From: Octopus vulgaris
Taxonomy: Eukaryota
Reading direction: 5' to 3'
Assembly (NCBI GenBank): GCA_951406725.2
Contig: OX597816.1
Location: forward strand, 154,752,001-154,816,000
DNA length: 64,000 nt
Part shown: positions 26,801-40,830 of the stretch, in pieces
Position numbering within the stretch: the stretch's first letter is position 1
Layout: each line of letters begins with the position of its first letter
Notes under the pieces: generated by a model
The model's input: only the letters and a program-made list of their open reading frames with translations
What the model was told of the DNA's origin: nothing
The model's database searches: none
Position numbers and translations under genes: made by a program

Positions 26801-27714
26801 ACACCGGCCTCACGAAAAAATCCCACCAAAACCGAAGAAGCGTTAGCTAGTGTTAGCATATTTAATGTAAGGAGCATTAAAATGCTAATTATAAGCAGAA
26901 GTAATTATGCTGTGATGAAAAATAGTATTACTGCATGATAAATACAATAGATACTGTTTGGTGCTTTGCGCCTATATTACAAGACAATGTTATTATCTTT
27001 ATTCTGGGATATTACAGTGACAACTAGAAGCACACGAGCTATGATCTTGCCATCCATCGATAAAAAGGGGCGAGGATACCTTGGGAAAGATTGGCCTCGT
27101 CAAACTTCTTGAAAACAGTGTCTTTAGTGATGTTCATACGACCCAACTGTTTAAGGGAACTACCATGGCGATGAATATGGGACACGCAAATTCAACGGCT
27201 TCAGTGAAATTTCAGTTGGCTTTTTAAATCAAATATTTCGTTAACTCTTTCAGAAAATGCACGGATTTCATAACTTCGATTAGTTCCCCATTTTCTCCTT
27301 AAACATGAATAAAATCAATTTATCATTTAAATGTATATATATTTTTAACTCTTATATTAAATAAGTTGAATGTGGATTGAAGGAAATCTGGAATTAGATT
27401 CCTCGTTAAATTAACAGGAAGTATTTATAGTTTATTTGATATATTTAGCTTTCAAACTATCAAATGACACACCATCACACGTCCTCAAGGAATATTCATC
27501 TGTAAACGATAAAACCCATAAAATAAAACCCGTTAGTTACTATTTAAAAGCGGAAGTAAGTATCTTCTTGAATACCAGAAACTGTAACTATTTATTTAAT
27601 GTGTAAACAGATCCTCATTTAGAGTTCATTAATGTGATAAAATAGGATTGCGGATGGGCTAGTGGGTTGAGTGGTGCGGTACTAAATTGCAAAATGGAGT
27701 ATCTAGCAGTTTAG

Positions 27715-27886
27715 GAGGATGGGTTAAGTTGATTACATCGACCCCAGTACTTATTTATTTATCGACCTCGAAAGGACGAAAGGCAAAGTGGACCTCGGCG
27801 GAATTTGAATTCATAACGTAAAGACGGACGAAATGCCGCTAAGCATTTTCCCCCGGTGTCCTAATGATTTTGCCAGTTCGCCGCCT
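27715..27886 (-). mobile_element. SINE family 1
   Basis: Diverged copy of 2040-2251. Confidence 0.75.
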
Positions 27887-27888
27887 TT

Positions 27889-27987
<99 letters not shown>

Positions 27988-30024
27988 TATTCTACTATAT
28001 TAAAAGTGGAAAGTCAGGATAATCTGGACCTGACTGTATTGTCTGATAAAAAAAGAGAAAGGGCGGGATAGTCACGGCTGGAATGCATATGATCATATGT
28101 CGTCTCAGTCAAAGCTGACCTGGGTTAAACAGCATCGACAACAGCACTAAGGGGAAGGTCACAGTTAATTGCTGAAGTAAAATCCACCCCCACGCAGTTA
28201 CTGACAATGCACAACAATAATTTCTATTTTAAAACAAATAAGTACATCTACAATAAGTCAGACAACTACTGCTATCACATCCTAACAACATCACACTATG
28301 GCTGCACTACACTCAAGAGACAAGATGGTCATGGCTGGTACGCTTCGATCAGACTTGATTTCGGTCTAACGTCAATACTATTGCATACTATATTACGTCA
28401 CACGCCAGTACTTACGTTATTTCAAACCACACCGTACTACAACAGGCTTTTTTATTCATTGCAGCCAATGCGAGAAAAAGAAAGGAAGCATCGACATCGT
28501 AGTTCGAGCTACTAGAGACCTAATCTCCGTCAAAACATATTTTACTGTCTTAAATAATTAAGTATACGTTGAACAATATAGTAAAACAAATATATAGACT
28601 TGTTGATCACTGATGAAGTTCGACCAACACTAAACAATAATACTTCACTACAAACTACAATACACTATTCACTACATTGAACCTCAAACTCGAAGCCTTT
28701 GACTTTTCTATACATATTTATTCCATTAAACCATCAACAGCAAAAACGAACGTGACATGATGTTATAAATAGTGGGTATTCTCTCTTTTGGTATAAACAA
28801 TCGATAAAAGCTTATTCGTTTTATCATTGCTTCAGGGGAAAGAAATTTATATTTTGATGGTTTTTCACACCATACGATTCATAAGAATTTCTCAGAAATA
28901 CATGAAATAAACATATTTTGAGAGATTTTTTCAGTTTGAAACAAAAGGTCATTGGGTTTTTTTTATTTTAAAATGCGATGTTAATTGTCAGTGGAAATTG
29001 AATGAAGCATTAGAAAAACGAATCAAAATTACTTTCTTTTATCAAGGGATTATATTTCGACATTATGTTGTGAAATTGAGGGTTTTCTTTTTTAAAAGTT
29101 AAAAAATGAATTTCATATTATTGGTTCAGACATTGTAGTATGGTTCAGACGTTCGATCACAACCACACAGTTCCAAGTTCGAACCTACAGTTCTACAGGC
29201 ACGTGTCTTTATTCTAATGAGCCTCTAGTTGACGTTATCTTGTGTGTATGTGTGTGTGCGTGTGTGTGTGTGTATGTATGTGTGTGTGCGTGTGTGTGTA
29301 AATAAGTGCTGCAGTCGATACAGCCGGTCGAAATTCCCGCAGGTCATATGCCATCATATCTACAGTCCAATGACTGATGTCAATAAAATGAAAGAATCTC
29401 ACCACTTTATTAATTGACAAATGACTTCTGAGACCATGTGTTGAAACAGGAGCAGTTTCAGCCATTAAAAAAGAAATCACATGCAAACAGTTAAGCTCAT
29501 ATTACATTAACCTTTTGAGGTTTCGAAATTTTCGTCGCACTTCTGCGACCTGATCAATCCCACAGTTCTACTGCAACTTAAAATAAACGAATGCGCTTCC
29601 TTATATAACTTTGCACATTGAAATCGAGTAGATTACACCGGAAATGAGACTTGAAAGTAGCACACTCACTTGACCTTGATCCAAGATCGTCTTCACTGGA
29701 AGAATTTAAGAAAATTAACTATCCAGGAAATTTATAGAATTAAAATACTCGTTTTCAGACATAAGTAGCCTGATCAGTGAAGAAACATAACTCCTCAGCA
29801 GCATTGCAGTTCAGTCCCTTACATCACTATCAATTAAAAGATAAAGTGTGCGTCACACATTAGCAACGACATTACAAAACCAGGTTATTGGCTATACATA
29901 CATACATACATACATACATACATACATACATACATGTGTGTGTGTGCGTATGTATGTATATATAGATGCACATATATATATATATGTGCATATATATGTT
30001 CATATATATATATACGCACAGATA

Positions 30025-30830
30025 TTCGCGTTGTGCCAATTTCGGACATTCGCTAACGATGTGCCATACCGTTTCACCCCTCTCACACATTCTGCATTTG
30101 TTGTTATCGGTAGTGTTGTCTATTCTGCACTTCATATAATTGGTCCTGAACGCTTGTTCTTGAGCTGCGCATGTGAGTGCTTCTGTCTCTATCTTCAGGT
30201 CACTCCACCTCAGACGTAGCCACTGGTCCTATGTATCTATTATCGTGTTCACATCTCTTGCAAACTGATCGTACATTTTCTTTTCCTTCCATGCTTTTTC
30301 TTTCTTTTTGCTCATTTCTTGCTTAAATTTTTCTTTAGTTACACAAATTTCAGTTTTGATGACGCCGGCCTTCTTTGTGTGTTTTAACGGTGGATCCACA
30401 GCATTTTTTGTATACCACCCTAGGCTGTTTTCCTCTGCTTCGATACAGTCCTGGCAACTGGTCAAGCCTCTCTCACCCTTTCTTCTGGACAAATACTGCC
30501 TATCGGTGTCACGCTTAGGGCGGAAGGCTGCATGTACTATCAACATTTTTCTGGTATTGGTATCCATTTTCTTAATTTTTCTCTTTTGCTATTTTATAAT
30601 TCTCGCTCCATACCGAAGTTATGCTATCGCCCACGTATTAACTGCTTGGATCATATTCCATCCAGTCAGTTTTGAGCGCCTCACCAACCTCAGTCTTCGG
30701 AAACACACCATCCTCTGTTGCTCTTTCATTTCCGATTCCATTATCTCATTGGCCACTATTACACCAAGGTATTTGTATTCTTCCGTTTCAATTTGCTTAA
30801 TCAAGTCTCTATTCGGGAATAATTCTATAC
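30025..30830 (-). mobile_element. Old R4/Dong-type LINE fragment (RT C-terminus to CCHC finger)
   Basis: YKYLGV, IQAVNTWA, RQYLSRRKGERGL and [25 protein letters not shown]; next to (TTA)n. Confidence 0.8.
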
Positions 30831-30848
30831 TATTATTACTCTATACTA

Positions 30849-30891
<43 letters not shown>

Positions 30892-30966
30892 TAGTTTTAT
30901 TTTTATAGCGTGCTTTCACTTCACTGGATATGTGCTGTGGTTTGCTGTGATGCTCTTATGGTTACT

Positions 30967-31024
<58 letters not shown>

Positions 31025-31115
31025 CATTATTATTATTATTATTATTATCATTATTATTATTATTATTATTATTTTTGGCCCTTGTGGCTAATAGAAGATC
31101 ATTATTATTATTATT

Positions 31116-31545
31116 TAAGGCAGAGAGCTGGCAGAATTGTTAGCGCACTGGGTAAAATGCTTACCGGTATTTCGTCCACCATTACGTTCTAAGTTCAAAT
31201 GCCGCTGAGGTCGACTTTGCCTTTCATCTTTTCATGGATAAATACCAGTTGATTACCGGGTCGATGTAATCGTTTTATCTCCCCTTCCGAACTTTCTGGC
31301 CTCGTGCCAAAATTTGAAATCTTAAGGCGGCAAGCTGGCAGAATCGTTAGCATGCCTGGCGAAATGCTTAATGTTATTTCGCCCGTCGCAAAGTTGGGTT
31401 CAAACTCCGCTGAGGTCGGCTTGTTTGTCATCCTTTTGGGGTCGAGAAATTAAGTATCAGTTGCGTACTGGGGTCGATCTATTCGACTGGTCCCCTGCCT
31501 CAAAATTTCAGGCCTTCTGCTTATAGTAGAAAGGATTATTATTAT
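31116..31545 (+). mobile_element. Two tandem SINE family 1-related copies
   Basis: aaggc..gagctggcagaat heads at about 31116 and 31323, each with the shared core. Confidence 0.75.
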
Positions 31546-31561
31546 CATTTTTTTTACTTCC

Positions 31562-31655
<94 letters not shown>

Positions 31656-31659
31656 TATA

Positions 31660-32245
31660 CGAGGAATGACCACAAGATGGACATCCAATATGCTAAATGT
31701 AGACCCTATATGGTCTGACCACTAAGAAAAAATTGTTCTCAAGAAAATTCGACAAACGCCAGAACGTAAGTGAGCAAGACAAATGAAAAGACATAAAATA
31801 TAATGATTAGTCACATTCCGGCTTTGGCGCGCCAAAACGAAGACATTTGAAATATACCCCCAAATATAATTGACAGAACTGTATGCATATTCTCTTTCGT
31901 GTGGACGTCTCGCGTATAGTTCTGACGGTCGCACTGATGAATTGCGGACATTCACGTATACAAATATGTAAATGGTAACAATGAAATCTGGTATGTGACT
32001 AATTATTATATTTTGTATCTTTTCATTTGTCTTACGTTCTGGCGTTCGCCAAATTTTCTTGAGAATAATTTTTTCTTAGTGGTCAGACCATATAGGGTCT
32101 ACATTTAGCATATTGGATGTCCACCTAGTGGGCATCCCTCTTATATGTATGTAAATATAACTTTTCTGAACCTTCAGATTTTTTCAATATGCTAGGTCTC
32201 TGGTTTAAATTGATATTAATCAAATTAATATCAAATTTTTACAAT
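31660..32245. mobile_element. (TA)n-flanked fold-back element with a type I HHR
   Basis: 31661-31820 is inverted to 31990-32142, plus a ~100-bp tail; HHR at 31928-31999: gtcgca-CTGATGA-attg..caat-GAAA-tctgg-TA-tgtgac. Confidence 0.8.
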
Positions 32246-32251
32246 ATATAT

Positions 32252-32304
<53 letters not shown>

Positions 32305-32307
<3 letters not shown>

Positions 32308-32851
32308 TACAAAGATGTAAATATATGGCACAAATGTTGTGCCATATATTTACTTCTTTGTATATTTTTCCCTCACGGTCTATTCTTTACTGGAAAGCAA
32401 TACTCTAGTATTGCATTACTAATTTATTGAAACTTCTTAACCGTTCTCGTGCTGTTAGCGTTTCGGCGTTTCAGTCGAGTGTAATGGCATTACTGTGGTA
32501 ACATCTGAAAGGTTGTCGTGGTATATGTTTGGCTGATGAAGATAGATCAAGTTTATGGGTGGCAGACATATCTTGAAAAATCTGAAACCTGCGCAGGTCC
32601 CACATTATCCTTTTCCAGGTATTTCATCTTTCAGATGTTCTCCCTGGAGGTAAGACAATTTTTTCTAGTTTGTTGCACACGCGCATTTTTGCTAGTACAT
32701 ACGCGGTGAAGCTATACATTAGCGTCGTATTATTACGTTCGCTATTTCCAGTAAATATCGGTACTTCGTTGTGCCATATATTTACTTCTTTGTATATTTT
32801 CCCCTTACGGGCTATTCTTTACTGGAAAGCAATACTCTAGTAGTACATTAC

Positions 32852-32858
<7 letters not shown>
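32305..32858. mobile_element. (TA)n-flanked element with a short inverted end and ~88-bp direct repeats (pLTR-like)
   Basis: Hairpin at 32306-32364; 32338-32424 is repeated at 32769-32856. Confidence 0.65.
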
Positions 32859-32937
<79 letters not shown>

Positions 32938-33074
32938 TATATATATATATAATTAAACAGGATTCAAATAATATATATATATATATATGTGTGGTGAGGC
33001 AAATCATTGCTAAACCCTTGATTACTTAGTTTTTATATTTTACATTTTTATATTTTATATTTATATATATATAT

Positions 33075-33136
<62 letters not shown>

Positions 33137-33322
33137 GTATATATATATCTCTTTACCCGTAATTGGATACAATCTCACCCAACAAAAACTCACTACTTGA
33201 ATGAACTCATATGTAATGGTGACTTAAAGTATGGATTCAAATAATCCTATCAGGTAGGATGTTCTATTGATTTAGAGTATGGCCTGGACCAATCATTCTC
33301 GAAACATATCTAAGTTTATCTA

Positions 33323-33360
<38 letters not shown>

Positions 33361-33373
33361 TATATATATATAT

Positions 33374-33767
33374 AGGCTGTGTGGTAAGTAGCTTGTTTAC
33401 CAACCACACGATTCCGGGTTCAGTCCCACTGCATGGCACCTTGGGCAAGTGTCTTCTACTATAGCCTCAGGCCGACCAAAGCCTTGTGAGTGGATTTGGT
33501 AGGCGGAAACTGAAAGAAGCTCGTCGTATATATGTATATATATATATGCATGTGTGTGTTTGTGTGTCTGTGTTTGTCCCCCTAGCATTGCTTGACAACC
33601 GATGCTTGTGTGTTTATGTCCCCGTTACTTAGCGGTTCGGCAAAAGAGACCGATAAAATAAGTATTGGGCTAGCAAAAGAATATGTCCCGGGGTCGAGTT
33701 GCTCGATTAAAGGCGGTGCTCCAGCATGGCCGCAGTCAAATGACTGAAACAAGTAAAAGAGTCAAAG

Positions 33768-33770
<3 letters not shown>
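33374..33770 (+). mobile_element. SINE family 2, near full length
   Basis: tRNA head, internal (TA)/(TG) tract and 3' end gactgaaacaagtaaaag. Confidence 0.85.
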
Positions 33771-33831
<61 letters not shown>

Positions 33832-33835
<4 letters not shown>

Positions 33836-34365
33836 AAATTAACAGAATGAGATAAAAATCTATTTCAGAACATTTATAAAGATGTCTTACAGCTGTTTCC
33901 GGGATATTTTAGATATCCCTTCATCGGAGACGGTGCGAGAGAATGGTTAGGCAATAGTTATTCTAGAGAAGACATAAAATAGAGAGTGGAGGAATGAAAA
34001 TAGACGTGAGATATGCAGGGATATTGTATATGCAGTTCCATTATTTAAGTAGAATCAAGTAGAATGGAATGCATATAAGTTTTCTGTACTTTATGTGTAA
34101 GTTCCAGGAAACTTAAACGTATACCATTTTGCTTAAATAATGGAACTGCATATACAATATCCCTGCATATCTCACGTCTGTTTTCATATCTCCACTTCAC
34201 TCTCTATTTCATATCTTTAGAATCACTATTGCTTAACTATTTTCTCGCACCGTCTCCGATGAAGAGATATATAAAATATCTCGGAAGCAGCTGTAAGACC
34301 TTCTCTTTATAAATGTTCTGAAATCTTTCACAGCCTTGGATTTTTATCTCATTCTGTTAATTTTT
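33832..34365. mobile_element. (TA)n-flanked fold-back element with an HHR in each arm
   Basis: Arms of about 220 bp; HHRs at 33884-33931 (-) and 34252-34299 (+): gtct-CCGATGA-stem II-GAA(A/G)-cagctg-TA-agac. Confidence 0.8.
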
Positions 34366-34583
34366 TTTTATATATATGCATGCTAATACATGACCTACGT
34401 TGGACTCCTCGTTCGCATAATCACCGAACCTGGAGCTTAACTATAGTCTGTCCATAGCACTTACTCAGCATTACCTGACACCTTTGGGTCTTCTTGACAC
34501 CATTAACTCTTATAACCTACACATATACATACATACATACATACATACATACATACATACATACATACATACATACATACATA

Positions 34584-34643
<60 letters not shown>

Positions 34644-34654
34644 TATGTAAATGT

Positions 34655-34983
<329 letters not shown>

Positions 34984-34999
34984 TATATATATATATATA

Positions 35000-35064
<65 letters not shown>

Positions 35065-35152
35065 ATAACAATAAATTAAACAAAGTGGAAAAAAAGTACT
35101 AAATATTGGTAATAATATGCTTTATTTTAAGCAGCAGAAAATTCAACAAAAT

Positions 35153-35190
35153 CTGTTACTCTGAGTTTCTCGTTGCCGTTCATCAGACAG
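35153..35190 (-). ncRNA. Minimal type I hammerhead in the PLE 3' pLTR
   Basis: ctgt-CTGATGA-acg-gcaa-cga-GAAA-ctc-a-gag-TA-acag, sense to the ORF. Confidence 0.8.
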
Positions 35191-36259
35191 TTTTGCTAGA
35201 ATGGAACTGATATATCAATTCAATCTATACTCTTACAAACGCTACACCTTTAAAAAGAAATGGACTTGTTTGATTGGCCCTTTAGAAAAAACGGTCAATC
35301 TTCGAGCGATAAACAAAAAGGTCAAAAATATATGTATATATATATAAAAAACTTATAAAAATTATAAAAATTATAAAATCCGAGGAAAAAACCTATTGAC
35401 GTTAATGAAGACAGTGCAAATTAGTGCATAGAAATTAAACCTGTTATAAATACTGCAATACATATTTATATTAAAATCTACATATATATATATCAACATA
35501 CACAAAAGGATGCGCGTAAACGCCATACATACATATACAGACGTATGAATATAAATCTAAATATACACATAAAAGCATGTGTACATATATTCACGCAAAC
35601 CGTCTCGCACGCAAGCTAAAATTCATCTATGTAGCAATTCTCATATACTGAGCAAGGAGGGGGAACGAAAGAAAGGGAAAGAGAGAAAAAGGAACGAAGG
35701 AGGGGTGGGGAAAAAAACGAAATAAGAAAAAAATTATGTATACAAGTAGTGTAACGATGTTATTGGCATCTATAGAGACTAGTATACATACACAAGTTTG
35801 AATGGATACATATACATACCGTCGTGTATATGTGTGCTTAAGCACAAACATACTTTCACTTACACATACACAGATACGCATGCTTACAAATACATATGCT
35901 TTGCTATACACATACTTATATAAACATTCTAATTTTGACAACATTGCTTTTTTTAAAAAACATTGCTTTTAAAAATGGGTGCATTAATAAAAATATATAC
36001 GAAAGACATATAAAATAAAATATAACATCCTATTTTGGGTCATTTATAAATAATCAAGGTAATATAAATAATCAAGGTAATCCTATGCAATACAATAACA
36101 TGAAAACAAAGTTTGTAGGTTTTTCCTAATATATATGTAGAAACATAAGACTTTGATATACGGATTAAGATCCGCATAGCTTTGAAACAAAATCAAAATC
36201 CATCGTAGCGCTCAAGGGTCAAAATCAAAATCAAAAGTCAAAAATACAAAATATATACT

Positions 36260-36937
36260 CTATCCATATGGTATATTTATATTCGACATTTTAAATTTAG
36301 CCGCGTGCCTACATAAGTTCATTAACTCACTTCTTTGATTCAAAGAATTATTGTCTTTGAATAAGATGTACATTTTTTCTAATAGACAAAGTCTGCACTT
36401 GAAATTATTTTTGTAAGCTCCATGCCTGTATGGTGCCGCCCTGTCCAGAATGCTCCATGTCACGTTGAAAGGTGGGGCTTCCTTTTCTTTTAGTTCCCAG
36501 ACATATTTTGCTAGGCTGGTTTTCTTCCTATTCTCTGGGTATTTAAATGAATTTTTATGAGAATAAAATCTTGTTTTAAATGAATTTTCTGAAGCCCATG
36601 TGTATGTCTTGTATTCCGATGAGCCTTCCACTTGCACCTTGGCTCTATAAACTACTCCTTTCACTAGACATTTCCCTTCTAACGGACAGGAGCTTTCGTT
36701 TTTGAAATTACATTTCTTAATGGGCTCGGCACCATGTCTAATCTCAATTAGCTTCCTATTATGTTGGCTAATGTAAGAGGCGAAATTTCTGCAACAAGAA
36801 TAGCTAACCTTCAGGGTTCTTCTATTAAATATTCTGTAGAATTTATGACCCTGCTTAAAATGCTTAGAGATTAATCTCAAAAATTCCTTACCTATATTAG
36901 TCTTTACGGCCAAATTGAAAGCCGGGTTGAACCACAA
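36260..36937 (-). CDS. PLE C-terminal region with GIY-YIG endonuclease (5'-truncated, open frame)
   Basis: WFNPAFN..VKTNIGKEFL..KHF..IFNR..KVSYSC; CPLEGKCL; VVYRAKV..TYTWASENSFKTRFYSH; C..CLLEK; LNQRSEL..CRH. Confidence 0.85.
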   Translation of the reverse strand: MWFNPAFNLAVKTNIGKEFLRLISKHFKQGHKFYRIFNRRTLKVSYSCCRNFASYISQHNRKLIEIRHGAEPIKKCNFKNESSCPLEGKCLVKGVVYRAKVQVEGSSEYKTYTWASENSFKTRFYSHKNSFKYPENRKKTSLAKYVWELKEKEAPPFNVTWSILDRAAPYRHGAYKNNFKCRLCLLEKMYILFKDNNSLNQRSELMNLCRHAAKFKMSNINIPYG

Positions 36938-37963
36938 AACTTTCCTGGTCCTAGTTCTTCGTGCAGCATTATTATGATCCGTATTATTATAATCCGTATA
37001 GCAAAGTCTTATGTTTCTACATATATATTAGGAAAAACCTACAAACTTTGTTTTCATGTTATTGTATTGCATAGGATTACCTTGATTATTTATATTACCT
37101 TGATTATTTATAAATGACCCAAAATAGGATGTTATATTTTATTTTATATGTCTTTCGTATATATTTTTATTAATGCACCCATTTTTAAAAGCAATGTTTT
37201 TTAAAAAAAGCAATGTTGTCAAAATTAGAATGTTTATATAAGTATGTGTATAGCAAAGCATATGTATTTGTAAGCATGCGTATCTGTGTATGTGTAAGTG
37301 AGAGTATGTTTGTGCTTAAGCACACATATACACGACGGTATGTATATGTATCCATTCAAACTTGTGTATGTATACTGGTCTCTATAGATGCCAATAACAT
37401 CGTTACACTACTTGTATACATAATTTTTTTCTTATTTCGTTTTTTTCCCCACCCCTCCTTCGTTCCTTTTTCTCTCTTTCCCTTTCTTTCGTTCCCCCTC
37501 CTTGCTCAGTATATGAGAATTGCTACATAGATGAATTTTAGCTTGCGTGCGAGACGGTTTGCGTGAATATATGTACACATGCTTTTATGTGTATATTTAG
37601 ATTTATATTCATACGTCTGTATATGTATGTATGGCGTTTACGCGCATCCTTTTGTGTATGTTGATATATATATGTAGATTTTAATATAAATATGTATTGC
37701 AGTATTTATAACAGGTTTAATTTCTATGCACTAATTTGCACTGTCTTCATTAACGTCAATAGGTTTTTTTCCTCGGATTTTATAATTTTTATAATTTTTA
37801 TAAGTTTTTATATATATACATATATTTTTGACCTTTTTGTTTATCGCTCGAAGATTGACCGTTTTTTCTAAAGGGCCAATCAAACAAGTCCATTTCTTTT
37901 TAAAGGTGTAGCGTTTGTAAGAGTATAGATTGAATTGATATATCAGTTCCATTCTAGCAAAAA

Positions 37964-38001
37964 CTGTCTGATGAACGGCAACGAGAAACTCAGAGTAACA
38001 G
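37964..38001 (+). ncRNA. Minimal type I hammerhead in the inverted pLTR
   Basis: Mirror copy of 35153-35190. Confidence 0.8.
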
Positions 38002-38104
38002 ATTTTGTTGAATTTTCTGCTGCTTAAAATAAAGCATATTACTCTACCACTGGTATTTGAGTACTCTTTTTTTCCACCTTGTTTCACATTTATGTGCTTA
38101 CTCC

Positions 38105-38185
<81 letters not shown>

Positions 38186-39266
38186 CGTTGGTGTCTCTGC
38201 AGTTAAGTGTGGTATGAGAGACTGATATTAAATAAATGATGAGCTATCAAAAATGTAAGAATAGTATAACTGACAATATGAATTTCGTTTGTGAATTGTC
38301 TGTTAATGTTAAACCGTATTGACAGAAGAGGTGACACAGCTAGGTGGGCAGTTACACTGGCAGACAGAATGAGACAGAAAGATGGATGGATAGAAGGAAA
38401 AGCAAATTAAATTAAGTTACAAATATCGATAGAGTGTACTTCATTGCAGGGTAATTTGTTATTCTTGTCTTGATTTATGATAATGTTCTTTCTGAAACTT
38501 TCCCTTTGCTGTGAATGTGCGCAAAAATTTCCTTGTGTGCAAATTTTTTCTTTTTCTTTATTTTTGCTAAGTATGTACGCATCTATGTAAGTAACTGTTT
38601 TCGATTTCTACCACCTTCTCCACCCACTATTCCTGGGAGGGTCCTCAGAAACCTTTTCTATACGGTCCAGCTGAAGCAACTGCCATTAGATTTTCCGGCT
38701 GGATTATCAAGCTTCAACTTAGGTTGTAGACATTATCCAACCGTTCCATTTTTAGACTGACCCTGAGTCTCTTGCCGGTCCACTCGCCTTGAAGAACCTG
38801 TTTTGCGATTTTTTCCTGTGACGTTCTAATCACATATGCATAGTGTCAGAACTGTGACCTCTTAATGCGTAGAAGTAGCGGCTCGACATGGAAAGACTTT
38901 CTGATCTCCGGGCTACGCAACATGTCGAGTAACGTTATTCTGAGAGGCCCTTCCAAGGAACCCCATTTCGGCAACTTCGCGATTGTAATCTTTCGGTCAT
39001 TACCCAGCATTCGCCATCATTGATGAGGATAGGCAGGGAAACTGATTTGCAGATTGCGAGTTTGACTTTTTTTTACCAAACTCTCCAGCTTCCGTCTCGA
39101 AAGAGAACGTCCTTAACCTCGGTTGGCCGATCCTCCCACCTGCTATTCGTTCTATCCTCAGGTGTGAGCTCTCCAACTTGAAAGATTGGCGAACAGACTG
39201 AATGCGATCGACGCCCACACCCAGCACTGTTTCTGTTAAAGAACTGCTTCGCCATGCCGAAGCTAC

Positions 39267-39465
39267 TCTTTTACTTGTTTCAGTCATTTGACTGTGGCCA
39301 TGCTAGAGCACCGCCTTTAGTCGAGCAAATCAACCCAGGACTTATTCTCTGTAAGCCTAGTACTTATTCTATCGGTCTCTCTTACCAAACCGCTAGGTTA
39401 CGGGTACGTAAACACACAAACGTCGGTTGCCAAGCGATGTTGGGGGACAACACAGACACACAAAC

Positions 39466-39539
<74 letters not shown>

Positions 39540-39716
39540 CTATACATATATACGACGGGCTTCTTTCCGTTTCCGTCTACCAAATTCACTCACAAGGCTT
39601 TGGTCGGCCCAAGGCTATAGTAGAAGACACTTGCCCAAGGTGCCACGCAGTGGAACTGAACCCGGAACTATTTGGTTCGTAAGCAAATTACTTACCATAC
39701 AGCCACTCATACGCCT
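39267..39716 (-). mobile_element. SINE family 2, full length
   Basis: Reverse complement of the 33374-33770 type. Confidence 0.85.
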
Positions 39717-39719
39717 GTA

Positions 39720-40830
39720 CACCTTCCGCAGTGCTCCTTACTACAGCCACTTATCACTGATCTCGGCGCCTGTATCCAACGGTGGCCACGTATCTCTCTT
39801 CACTGATCTCGACGCCTGTATCCAGGATCGTATGTTGACATCGACGACCCTGGATGGCAACAGACCTCCCCCCACTCATCAAATAATGCAGCCTCGGTCT
39901 TCGATCTCCTATCTCACTGGCTCTGCTAACCTTGCTCTCGTCAGTGACCTTTTGCTGTGTCCTCAGTAGCAGAGTTCTTCACAACACACTTGAACCGTCT
40001 GTGATTGGGGAAAGCGAGGCGGCCTATGCAACATAAAGCCAGTTTGCTCTGCGCTATGGTAATGCTCCCCCTTTTCCCCTCTGTGTACGCCCAGTCCTCT
40101 GAAAAGAAATGGGATTCCACCCAGTGTAACATGATCGCAGAGGAGTTAGTGTGCCAACTTGATCAATACCATCTGATATGTTTCCACTCAGCCTCTGACC
40201 TCACAGCGGAGCTTGGTTCAGTGCCACATCATCACTCGCAACTGGTACTCAGGCATTTCCCTGAGGTTCAGAATCCAGAACTGTGAACCTCATGAATGCC
40301 GCTGCAGAACCCCTGTGGAAGTTTTCGGCCTCCACGCTATGCTCCATGCATAACAAAATCATAAAGCATGACCTAGCCGCTGCAGACTTCCCTTCCCATC
40401 TTGAGACAGCGGGGTTACATTGAAAGGACGGTAAAAGGCCGGACTGTATGACAAACTTTCCATTCCGTCACAGCAGCCCCTTCATCTGGGATGCCACATG
40501 CTGTGATAACTTTTCCAGCGGCAGCTTGGTGCAGTCAACTATCAGCTCAGGATTCACTGCTCGTCAGGCTGAGAAAAGCAAACTGTCAAGGAATCGGTCA
40601 CTCTCCGACAGGTTTATGGTTGAGTCCGTGGCAGTGGAGACCTCCGGCGTTCTTGGCACCCGGATCATGTCGCTGCTTACCATCGCTATTGAGGCGGAGA
40701 TGGCTGTTCGCAAGTGCGGCCCCCGCGAGTCAGAGTGGCTGTTTCAGCGCATCTCCCTCGCCACCCACCTGCAAAACGTCTTTTCCATTTTGTCTGCTCG
40801 GGCCATGAGAAATGTTTCTTAATAAAGACA
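39720..40830 (+). mobile_element. Decayed CRE-like (restriction-like endonuclease) non-LTR retrotransposon, 3' part
   Basis: DGKRPD, IWDATCCD, VAVETSG and WLFQRISLA, followed by aataaa; may extend upstream of the SINE to about 38600. Confidence 0.7.

Larger units (their letters stand above)
35060..38108 (-). mobile_element. 5'-truncated Penelope-like element with an inverted ~1.1-kb pLTR, inserted in (TA)n
   Basis: 35060-36166 and 36991-38108 are near-identical inverted arms (identical spurious 105-aa ORFs); GIY-YIG ORF in the spacer; HHR in each arm. Confidence 0.9.

Noticed and set aside
30308-31192. 294-aa plus-strand ORF
   Set aside because: Antisense to a LINE fragment and running through (TTA)n
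33255-33320. ctattga..gag..ctcGAAAcatatcTA possible hammerhead in a TA-flanked segment
   Set aside because: Core and stems are too degenerate to call
35627-37530. Two identical 105-aa ORFs on opposite strands
   Set aside because: A by-product of the inverted pLTR arms; low-complexity and non-coding
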